A DNA stretch of 64,000 bases from Dehalococcoidia bacterium (GTDB taxonomy: Bacteria > Chloroflexota > Dehalococcoidia > SM23-28-2 > RBG-16-64-32), in contig CAXXTF010000001.1 of assembly GCA_963665775.2 (NCBI GenBank), positions 544,001 through 608,000 of the forward strand. The letters run 5' to 3'. Numbering within the stretch: position 1 is the stretch's first letter; each line of letters starts with the position of its first letter. The notes under the pieces are model-generated. The model ran no database searches. It had not been told where the DNA came from and saw only the letters and a program-made list of their open reading frames with translations. The position numbers and the translations under genes are program-made. Of the stretch, positions 54,494-64,000 are shown one piece after another.

Positions 54494-55674
54494 ATCAGGA
54501 TGCTCTCAAAGAAGTCATCTGCTCGGCGACCAGTTCTACGGTTAACATGGCGGAGCAGCTTAGTTTCCTTCCGCAGCCCCAACCGCTCTTGGATTTCAGG
54601 GTATAGATTGGCCTTGTCGTTCACCACGATAATCATCCGGCCCTTCGGGGATAGCGCCTTCTTCACGTTCTCGAGGCTTGCAACGATCGATTCAACGTAA
54701 GCCTTCTTCGCGTTACCTGAATGGCCGTTCATGGCCGGTCCTATTTCTTTGTCCGCTTGCCAGGGCAATCCTAGAAGCTCAAAAGCGTAACGGTGCTGCT
54801 TGTGATAGTCGATAAGGCCTACGTAAGGCGGCGATGTCAGTACCAAATCACATTCAGGGAATTCGACCTCTCGTGCGTCCCCCTGAATCATCGTAACGCT
54901 TGCTCCGGTCTGTATCTCCGCGAACTCCTTGATTCGCCGGATAGTGTCGTGGCTGTATCGGCGGAGGAACTGGTCGGCAGTCCGTGTAGGCTCGCACGTG
55001 CGGCTGTGCTTGTAGCAATAGTACGAGTCTTGCTGAGGTGTCTTTGGGAAGTCCAAGTCAAATTGCGTCGTAAGGCGTGCGGAACGGGCGGCCCTCGAGA
55101 GAATGACTTTCAGTACGTCTTGATGCTTGTAGTCTTGAATCATATCTCTGTATAGAAGAAGGCTTTCAAGTGCCTTAGGCGCAAACCAGTTCACCAGGTA
55201 CTCGTTGGTGTTATAGAGCCCTCGCTCCTCCAACAGCTTTTTCTGAATCTCTCCGGTGCTCCGGGCACAGATATCCCGTATATCGCGCGCAAGAAGCTCA
55301 AGATCGTATTCCCCTGTCTTTACCTTAGTGAGGAGACAGTTGAATACAGATATGTCACAGCCCACAGAATCAATGCCCAGCGCCAGAGCTTCTACCAACG
55401 TGGTGCCGGAGCCAGAAAACGGATCACACACCACGCTAGGCCGGTACTTGCGGAGGAATATCTCAACCAGCTGTGGAACGAACTTGCCGAGATACGGGTG
55501 CAATCTATGCACGTGCTTTGTCCGCGCACGCTCTGGGAGATCCCGTTCGGTCCAGCTCAAGTTAAGAGAACTTAGCTTGGTCCTCCGTGTTACTGAAGCG
55601 AAGTCCGTGAACGGAAGAAGCGGATACTGCGCACCTTGCGAGGAAAGGGATTTCCTTGCAGCGGCGAGTGTCAC
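54478..55674 (-). CDS. DNA methyltransferase, probably N4-cytosine
   Basis: H.LHPY.GKF.PQ, motif I DPFSGSGTT, motif IV TSPPY; visibly more AT-rich than the flanks. Confidence 0.9.
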   Translation of the reverse strand: MTLAAARKSLSSQGAQYPLLPFTDFASVTRRTKLSSLNLSWTERDLPERARTKHVHRLHPYLGKFVPQLVEIFLRKYRPSVVCDPFSGSGTTLVEALALGIDSVGCDISVFNCLLTKVKTGEYDLELLARDIRDICARSTGEIQKKLLEERGLYNTNEYLVNWFAPKALESLLLYRDMIQDYKHQDVLKVILSRAARSARLTTQFDLDFPKTPQQDSYYCYKHSRTCEPTRTADQFLRRYSHDTIRRIKEFAEIQTGASVTMIQGDAREVEFPECDLVLTSPPYVGLIDYHKQHRYAFELLGLPWQADKEIGPAMNGHSGNAKKAYVESIVASLENVKKALSPKGRMIIVVNDKANLYPEIQERLGLRKETKLLRHVNRRTGRRADDFFESILIWKHG

Positions 55675-55761
55675 TGTGCTCTTCCTCCTTTACTCTCGAA
55701 CGCTTATTCTATCACCACCGTCAACTCCTGGCTACGGCCGGGCAGCCCGCGCCGCAACCCG

Positions 55762-57078
55762 TCAACCCGCGTCCAGCCTCTCCCGCAGCGCCGTCACCAG
55801 GTTCGCGATCGGCACCCGCGCCTGCTCCATCGTGTCCCGCTCGCGGATCGTCACCGCCTCGTCCTCCAGCGTATCGAAGTCCACGGTCACGGCCAGCGGC
55901 GTCCCGATCTCGTCCTGCCGCCGGTAGCGCCGGCCGATGCTCTGGGCGTCGTCGTACTGCGTCATAAAGTGCGGCCTCAGCAGCTCCCACACCCGTCGCG
56001 CCGGCGGCACCAGCCGCTCATTGCGCGAGAGGGGCAGCACCGCCACCTTCACCGGTGCCAGCTCCGGCTTCAGGCGCAGCAGCGTCCGCTTCTCCCCCCG
56101 CACCTCCTCCTCCACGTAGGAGTCGATGAGCACCGTCAGGAAGCAGCGGTCCACCCCCATGGACGGCTCGATGACGTAGGGCACCACATGCTGGCCGGAC
56201 GCCTCATCGAAGTAGCTCAGGGTCCGCCCGGCGAACTCCTCGTGCCGCTTCAGATCGAAGTCCGTCCGGTTGGCGACCCCCTCTATCTCCGAGAAACCGC
56301 CGAAGGGAAAGTCGTACTCGATGTCCACCGTCCGCTTGGCGTAGTGCGATAGCTCCTCCGCGGAGTGCTCGCGGATGCGCAGGTTCTCTGGGCGAACGCC
56401 CAGCCCCTGCCACCAGTCGAACCGCTCCTGGATCCAGCGCTCGTGCCACTCCTCGTCGGAGCCCGGCATGACGAAGTACTCGATCTCCATCTGCTCGAAC
56501 TCACGGTCCCGGAAGATGAAGTTGCCGGGCGTGATCTCGTTCCGGAACGCCTTGCCGATCTGGGCGATGCCGAAGGGGAGCTTCTTGCGCATACTCGTCA
56601 TCACGTTGTCGAAGTTGACGAAGATCCCCTGCGCCGTCTCCGGCCGCAGGTAGGCGACGGACGCCTCGTCCTCCACTGGGCCCACGAAGGTCCGGAACAT
56701 CAGGTTGAACATGCGGGGCTCTGTCAGCTCGCCGCCGCACTCTGGGCAGCGCTGGTCGGTCGTATCCCCCAACTCGTCGGCCCGGAAGCGGCGCTTGCAG
56801 GACTTGCAGTCCACCATGGGGTCGGCGAAGGTGTCCACGTGGCCGCTGGCCACCCACGTCTTGGGGTTCATGATGATCGACGCGTCCAGCCCCACGACGT
56901 CGTCCCGCTGCTGGACGGTGGCCTTCCACCAGGCGCTCTTGATGTTGTTCTTCAGCTCGACGCCCAGGGGGCCGTAGTCCCAGAAGCCGCCGATGCCGCC
57001 GTAGATCTCGCTGCTCTGGAAGACGAATCCCCGCCGTTTGCAGAGGGAGACGAACGTTTCCATCGACTGCTGGTTCAT
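55762..57078 (-). CDS. glyQS: Glycine--tRNA ligase (alpha2 type)
   Basis: [53 protein letters not shown]. Confidence 0.97.
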   Translation of the reverse strand: MNQQSMETFVSLCKRRGFVFQSSEIYGGIGGFWDYGPLGVELKNNIKSAWWKATVQQRDDVVGLDASIIMNPKTWVASGHVDTFADPMVDCKSCKRRFRADELGDTTDQRCPECGGELTEPRMFNLMFRTFVGPVEDEASVAYLRPETAQGIFVNFDNVMTSMRKKLPFGIAQIGKAFRNEITPGNFIFRDREFEQMEIEYFVMPGSDEEWHERWIQERFDWWQGLGVRPENLRIREHSAEELSHYAKRTVDIEYDFPFGGFSEIEGVANRTDFDLKRHEEFAGRTLSYFDEASGQHVVPYVIEPSMGVDRCFLTVLIDSYVEEEVRGEKRTLLRLKPELAPVKVAVLPLSRNERLVPPARRVWELLRPHFMTQYDDAQSIGRRYRRQDEIGTPLAVTVDFDTLEDEAVTIRERDTMEQARVPIANLVTALRERLDAG

Positions 57079-57278
57079 ATGCGCACCTGACTGAACGGTT
57101 AGGGGGTGGGTTAGCTGCAAGTTAGCAGCTTGCTTGCGCCAAGTCAAAGCGATCGGCCTCTTGGCATCGGCCCGGCTTTCTTGACACCCTCATGGGCCGG
57201 TGCTAGCATCGACTCGCGTCAAAAATCTATCTGTTTCTCTTCCCCCAGCGGCTGGCACCAAAGTACTGGAGATAGGCA

Positions 57279-57425
57279 ATGCGGTTTATTCTGGGTCTCC
57301 TCTTGGGCATCTCGTTGGGTGCTAGTATGGGGTTATTGGTGGCGCCCCAGCAGGGCAGCGAGAACCGCCGGGTCCTGCGACAGAGGATGCAGCGCCACCA
57401 CGAAGAGGTAGAAGAGCCGCTCTAG
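57279..57425 (+). CDS. YtxH-like small protein (48 aa, not in ORF track)
   Basis: MRFILGLLLGISLGASMGLLVAPQQGSENRR; RBS GGAG. Confidence 0.75.
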   Translation: MRFILGLLLGISLGASMGLLVAPQQGSENRRVLRQRMQRHHEEVEEPL

Positions 57426-57457
57426 GCGCACAGCCAGCGAGCGGGGATCGAGGGCCC

Positions 57458-57799
57458 TTGGTGCAGCCGGAACAGAAACTCCTAGTCGTAATTGCTTCCA
57501 GCGAGGACGCTGATCCCCTTATCCAGAAGCTGGTGCAGCGGGGCTACCCGGCCACCAAGGTGAGCAGCACCGGTGGCTTCCTCCGCCACGGCAATGTAAC
57601 CATCCTCTCCGGCGTCGACGCTGACGATGTCGAGAACGTCCTGGCCATTATCCGTAGCGAGTGCACGGCCCGTACCGAGCTGGTGCCCGCTCAAGCTTTG
57701 CCTTTCCTCGAGAGTCTCCAGCCGACAGAGCCGGTAGAGGTTCGAGTCGGCGGGGCGATCGTGTTCGTGCTGCCGGTGGAGCGCTTCGAGAAGACGTAG
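57458..57799 (+). CDS. darA: Cyclic-di-AMP receptor (DarA/PstA, PII-like)
   Basis: ATK.SSTGGFL..GN.T..G; V.VGGA.VFV.PVE.F. Confidence 0.9.
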   Translation: MVQPEQKLLVVIASSEDADPLIQKLVQRGYPATKVSSTGGFLRHGNVTILSGVDADDVENVLAIIRSECTARTELVPAQALPFLESLQPTEPVEVRVGGAIVFVLPVERFEKT

Positions 57800-57897
57800 A
57801 GCGCCTACGCCTCGCCCCTAAGCCGTCGTAGCCAGGGGTCAGCGCCCTATATTTCGGCGCCTGCGGCCCGTACATACCAGACAGAGAGTGGGCGCCG

Positions 57898-59976
<2,079 letters not shown>

Positions 59977-60222
59977 CGGTTAGCGCCCTCCCCAGCGGTC
60001 CGCGCCTGCGTCATGGCGGTGAAGGATCGATGACACTAGTTCCATATTTCACTAAACCTCCGACGGGCAGTCTATCAGAGCCCCTTCCTCCAAATCAAGG
60101 GAGCTGACGAGCAGCCTGCGGGAAGGCGACTGTCGGCACGACTACCCCATCTGGAAGTGGGGTGTGGGCAGCGGCCTAGGGGTGCGGACTCTCTATCCTA
60201 ATCGGCGCGGCGATGACACTGG

Positions 60223-60299
60223 TGGTGCCCCCGGCGGGATTCGAACCCGCGGTCTCCACCTTGAAAGGGTGGCGTCCTGGGCCTCTAGACGACGGGGGC
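60223..60299 (-). tRNA. tRNA-Glu (TTC)
   Basis: The minus strand reads GCCCCCG...anticodon loop CTTTCAA...GGTTCGAATCC...CGGGGGC-A-CCA. Confidence 0.93.
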
Positions 60300-60418
60300 T
60301 CTAGAGGCATTCTAGGCTAAGCGAAGAGCTGCGGCAAACGCAGTGGCACCGGGAGCGGATGGGTTGGCCGGCTTGGGATATCCACCTCTTTGCCGATGGC
60401 GGGCCGCCAGCTGCCGTG

Positions 60419-62236
60419 TTATTTCAGCCAGCTTGTGATGATGGGCCTAACGTCCAGGACGCGGATGTATGCCGCTTCCAGGACTTCACCGTCGCCCGGC
60501 TGGCCCCAGATCAGGGCGCGCTCGCCTACTTTCGCCTGACCGAATACGTGTGCGCTCTCGCCAACATGGATCCGGGCGACCCCCACGGTCCAGAAGTCAC
60601 CATCGATTTCGGTGATGAGGCCCTCAAGGCGGGCGATTCTGTCCTTCGTCGTCGACTCCAGTATCGTGGACTGCAGTGCGACGATGACGTCATCCTGTCG
60701 CTCGGCGTCGATGGCCACGAGGCTGCCCCGGGCCGGCGCATCTCTTCCAGCAGGGGGCGCAACTCGCAGACCACTCACGAGCCAGTAGCCTCCCTCTCGG
60801 CCCTGGTAGACACCGGTCAGATGGATCGATATCGACCCCGCCTTGGCGTCGGAGGCAAGGATAATCACCCGCTCCGCCAACAGACGTTCCCCATGATTGA
60901 TCGCCTCCACGCGTGCCCATGCCCCATTCTCGATGTTCCCACCCCTGACATCGAAGACGGTTGTTGGAGTGAGGGTGAAAGTAATGCCGCCGATAATATA
61001 TTCGCTGGCGTACGCGGCGGCACTGGCCGTCCCCTCGATGATCCCTTCGTAGGCCAGGGTTGGCTGGCTGGTTGGATCGTCCTCAGTTTCCACGGCCTTC
61101 ACGTTAGAAGCCACAACTCCGGCCTCTCCCGTGTTGGCGGTGATTTGGACCCGCTGCCCCTCCTGCGGCTTGGTCTGCAGAAGGGTTTCGGATGTGATTA
61201 TGAACCTCTGTCCACCCACCACGATCTCGTCCTCCAGGATCTGCTCCACGGCCCCGGAGACGAGAGTCCCCGATTCCGGAACGGAATCCTCAACGGCGGC
61301 GAGGCTAAGGGCCTGAAGGCGCCCGTCGGCGCCGCGGGCCACGACGAGATTCGCCATGCCCCCCGGTATCAGATCGGCGTGGCCGAAGGTCCGCTCGTCG
61401 ATGCGCACCTCGAAGCCGCCGACCTGCCAGATGCCATCGCTGCCCGGTTGGACCGGCCCCGAGATGGTTATGATGCCCCCGGACAGATCCTCTGGCGCCA
61501 GGGAGACCTGAGACCGAGAGCCGCCCAGCCGCGTGTTGTGGAGGGTGGCCACCACTTCCCCGTACTCATCGATTGCGGAGGTAGATACTATCTGCCTGAC
61601 CGCCAGCAGAAGCTCCTCCTGGGCCTCGGACTGTGACAGCAACCTTTCTATCAGGGGGCTCTGCGGCGGCTGTTCCTCAACAATGCGGGCGGCTCTTTCA
61701 TTGCGATCCTTCAGGGCTGACAGGACATTGCCGGGAATCGCCTTGCCCCTCTGAACCATCTCCACTATCTCCGCTGTGCGCTCGTCGGACTGGTCGAGGA
61801 GTATCTCAGCCCTGCCGGTGTCGTCGAACGCGAACCAGAGGCGGACGTCCTCTGTGGCCAGCTTGATGCGATAGAGGGGGCCGTCCGGCAGGCTGTCCTG
61901 GGACGCGTAGGCGACACCGCCGGTAGCGGCCAGGAGGGCCAGCACCAGCGAGGCGGCGAGAGCCACCGGTCGGAGCCAGGGGAAGCTGAGGCTAGGGAAG
62001 CGCCGACCGCGGCGCGGCTCCCGAGCCCGCTGCCGCACTCGATCCCAGGCGATCTCCTGCGCCCGGGGCCGGGGCCCGGCCGCAGGCGTCTGGCTAACGC
62101 GCTGGGCCAGCGTGAGGAGGGGTCGCAATCGCTCTTCGTGCCTGGGATAACGGGAGATGCACGCCTCTATGCTTTCGCCTTGCCGTACCGCTGTCAGGCA
62201 CTCGTCCAGGATGGACCGGAAGCGTCGGACCGGCAT
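60419..62236 (-). CDS. Putative anti-sigma factor with DUF5667 and repeated DUF5666-like beta domains
   Basis: LDECL....GE.IE.C..RYP; TM helix; SLPDGPLY.IK...E; repeated G.V....W.V.G..V units. Confidence 0.8.
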   Translation of the reverse strand: MPVRRFRSILDECLTAVRQGESIEACISRYPRHEERLRPLLTLAQRVSQTPAAGPRPRAQEIAWDRVRQRAREPRRGRRFPSLSFPWLRPVALAASLVLALLAATGGVAYASQDSLPDGPLYRIKLATEDVRLWFAFDDTGRAEILLDQSDERTAEIVEMVQRGKAIPGNVLSALKDRNERAARIVEEQPPQSPLIERLLSQSEAQEELLLAVRQIVSTSAIDEYGEVVATLHNTRLGGSRSQVSLAPEDLSGGIITISGPVQPGSDGIWQVGGFEVRIDERTFGHADLIPGGMANLVVARGADGRLQALSLAAVEDSVPESGTLVSGAVEQILEDEIVVGGQRFIITSETLLQTKPQEGQRVQITANTGEAGVVASNVKAVETEDDPTSQPTLAYEGIIEGTASAAAYASEYIIGGITFTLTPTTVFDVRGGNIENGAWARVEAINHGERLLAERVIILASDAKAGSISIHLTGVYQGREGGYWLVSGLRVAPPAGRDAPARGSLVAIDAERQDDVIVALQSTILESTTKDRIARLEGLITEIDGDFWTVGVARIHVGESAHVFGQAKVGERALIWGQPGDGEVLEAAYIRVLDVRPIITSWLK

Positions 62237-62237
62237 C

Positions 62238-62870
62238 CTAGCGCTCCCCCCGGACGAGGACCCGCCGCAGAGCGATCAGGGCCCGGTGCTGAAGGGATTT
62301 GATGGCGCCCTCGCTGCGGCCCAAGATGCGGCCCACGGAGCGGTTATCGAACCCCTGGATGAACTTGAGGACGATCACCTGTCGTTGCTCATCGGTAAGG
62401 TACTTGAGGGCCAGCTGTATCTGGCCGCGGTCCAGGGCCCGCTCCGCTAGCGACTGCGGGTTCGCCAGGCTGCTGGCCAGGGTCTCGCTCAGATCGACCT
62501 CGCCGCGGCGCTGGCGCCGACGGTGGAGGTCGATGAGCCGATTACGGGCGATGCGAAATACCCAGGCACCGAAGGGCAACCCCTTGAAGCGATAGCCGTT
62601 GATCGACTCGATCATCTTTAGCATCACATCGGAGGCCAGGTCTTCGGCGGCCTGTACGTCGCCCATCTGCATGAAGGCGTAGCTGTAGATCTTGGGATGG
62701 TAGGTCTGGTACAGCGATGCCAGAGCGGCCTCGTCGTACTGCTGGGCGAGACGGACGAGGCGCCATTCCTCTTCCTGGGCATGGGCTTTCGCCTCCCGCT
62801 CAGCCGAGTCGGTTGCCACAGGTATACCCTGGGACTTCTCGATGGAGCCGCTCAAGGTATTTGTCCACAT
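62238..62870 (-). CDS. ECF sigma factor
   Basis: AEDLASDV, PF.AW.FRIARN, LT.EQR.V..LKF, SEGAIKSLQHRA. Confidence 0.92.
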   Translation of the reverse strand: MWTNTLSGSIEKSQGIPVATDSAEREAKAHAQEEEWRLVRLAQQYDEAALASLYQTYHPKIYSYAFMQMGDVQAAEDLASDVMLKMIESINGYRFKGLPFGAWVFRIARNRLIDLHRRRQRRGEVDLSETLASSLANPQSLAERALDRGQIQLALKYLTDEQRQVIVLKFIQGFDNRSVGRILGRSEGAIKSLQHRALIALRRVLVRGER

Positions 62871-62945
62871 GGCCGCACGACCAACCTAAGCAGTACAACG
62901 TGCGCCGAATGGAGAAGATACGGCAGGGGTTTCATCAGGAAGATG

Positions 62946-63143
62946 CTACTCCTCCGCGGACAGGCCCAGGAGGCGACGTCTGGCCCGATCGTAGCGCTCT
63001 TTGGCGCGGGCCTCGCGGTTCAGCAGGCCCTTGAGTGCGGGCGGCTCCCTCTTCTCTCCTTGGAGCAGGACCCGGTGCAGGGCCTGAAGCTGCTTTTGCC
63101 ACTCCTCGTAGGACTTCACATATTCACCCTTTAGATCGTCCAT
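62946..63143 (-). CDS. Small helical hypothetical protein
   Basis: 65 aa, W..QL..LH.VLL.G....P..LKGLLNRE.RAK..YD.AR..LLG. Confidence 0.65.
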   Translation of the reverse strand: MDDLKGEYVKSYEEWQKQLQALHRVLLQGEKREPPALKGLLNREARAKERYDRARRRLLGLSAEE

Positions 63144-63283
63144 GAGGCACCCCGCTCTCCGTCCCATCCTAACGCGCGTCGGCGATTTACGATAGGGAGT
63201 GCACCCGGTGTTCCTGCCGGTGGCCCTGCCGAGTTCCCTGAAGAATGGACGCCCCCTCTCTCCGTTGAAGGTGAGATGCCGGC

Positions 63284-64000
63284 CTAGAGCCAGCTGGAGC
63301 GGATGTCGCCATCGATGACGGCGTCAATAAGGCGGGGCTCTGCCGCGGCCTGCGCCTCGCGCACGGCGTCCCCGATCTCATCCGGGCGCTCGATGCGGAC
63401 GCCTTTGACGCCGAAGCCGGAGGCGATATCGACGAAGTCTATAGGCGGGTCGGTCAGGTCCATCGCCGTGAAGCTGCGTCCCACGGCGTTCGCGCCGAGG
63501 TAGTCGAGCATGTTGAGCTTGAGAATGCGGTAGGAGGCGTTGTTGAGGATCACCCAGGTGACGGGGATCCGGTGGTGCGCCGCTGTCCAGAGGGCCTGGA
63601 TGGTATAAAGGGCGGCTCCGTCGCCTACAACCGATAGGACGGGTCGGTCTGGCTGGGCGAGCTTGAGGCCCAGGGGTGCCGGCATGCCGGGGCCCAGGCC
63701 CCCGCCGCTGGCCCGGAACTGCGAGCCGGGCTGGGGGAAGCGCAGGTAGCGCATGACGTAGCCGCCGGCGGTGACCGACTCGTCGAACACGAGGGTGCCC
63801 GGGACGAGGGCGTCGGCCAGCTCTTTCAGCAGGCGGCCGTTGGCGATCGGCACGTTGTCCCACCTCGTGTGCGCGGCGGCGTCCAGGATTTGCATTATCT
63901 GCTCGTTCATCTTCTGTACGGTGGCGGCCCGCTCCTGGGCGGCCTGACGGTAGGCGGGCGTGAGGCGCTGCTCCAGAGCGGTCAGCAGGTCGGTTAGGGC
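63284..64000 (-). CDS. Thiamine-diphosphate-dependent decarboxylase (benzoylformate decarboxylase-like), 5' end outside window
   Basis: GGGLG.G, TPP motif GDGAALY.IQALWTAA...NNASY; frame open to 64000. Confidence 0.88.
   Translation of the reverse strand, partial: ALTDLLTALEQRLTPAYRQAAQERAATVQKMNEQIMQILDAAAHTRWDNVPIANGRLLKELADALVPGTLVFDESVTAGGYVMRYLRFPQPGSQFRASGGGLGPGMPAPLGLKLAQPDRPVLSVVGDGAALYTIQALWTAAHHRIPVTWVILNNASYRILKLNMLDYLGANAVGRSFTAMDLTDPPIDFVDIASGFGVKGVRIERPDEIGDAVREAQAAAEPRLIDAVIDGDIRSSWL

Noticed and set aside
60181-60299. tRNA-Glu as an integration site
   Set aside because: No integrase or duplicated 3' end seen; the flanks are ordinary genes.

Overview
High-GC bacterial chromosome segment. 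Gene content and style (GAAC-N4-GTTC LexA boxes, alpha2-type glyQS, DinB/SIMPL/DUF5666 proteins, tandem desulforedoxin-like mini-proteins) suggest a Chloroflexota, probably Dehalococcoidia-like, organism; this is an inference. The housekeeping backbone comprises plsX, trxA/trxB, tRNA-Sec, a Rieske/cytochrome b complex, lexA, menG/ubiE, leuB, pit, pyrE, lepB, the rib genes, glyQS, hppA, tRNA-Glu and two ECF sigma/anti-sigma pairs. The most notable accessory feature is a compact phage DNA-packaging module at 16.2-21.3 kb: small membrane proteins, TerS-like, TerL-like, Cys-rich HTH, portal, holin-like and a truncated scaffold-like ORF. It has no integrase, replication or capsid gene and is driven by two near-identical promoters, each with a LexA box matching the box upstream of this window's own lexA. 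It is a candidate domesticated, SOS-controlled GTA-like system, and its portal carries an in-frame UGA. Other observations: an AOR-family oxidoreductase coupled to an NrfC/NrfD-like module downstream of selC; a c-di-AMP (ydaO) riboswitch controlling a tiny Zn-ribbon gene; a gene inserted between ~110-bp direct repeats that duplicate a promoter; a transglutaminase-like protein lacking its catalytic Cys/His; a type II R-M pair; three G-to-A-type lesions (TAG, TGA, ATA start); and several small genes missed by the ORF track. All family assignments come from motif recognition by eye, and no database searches were run.
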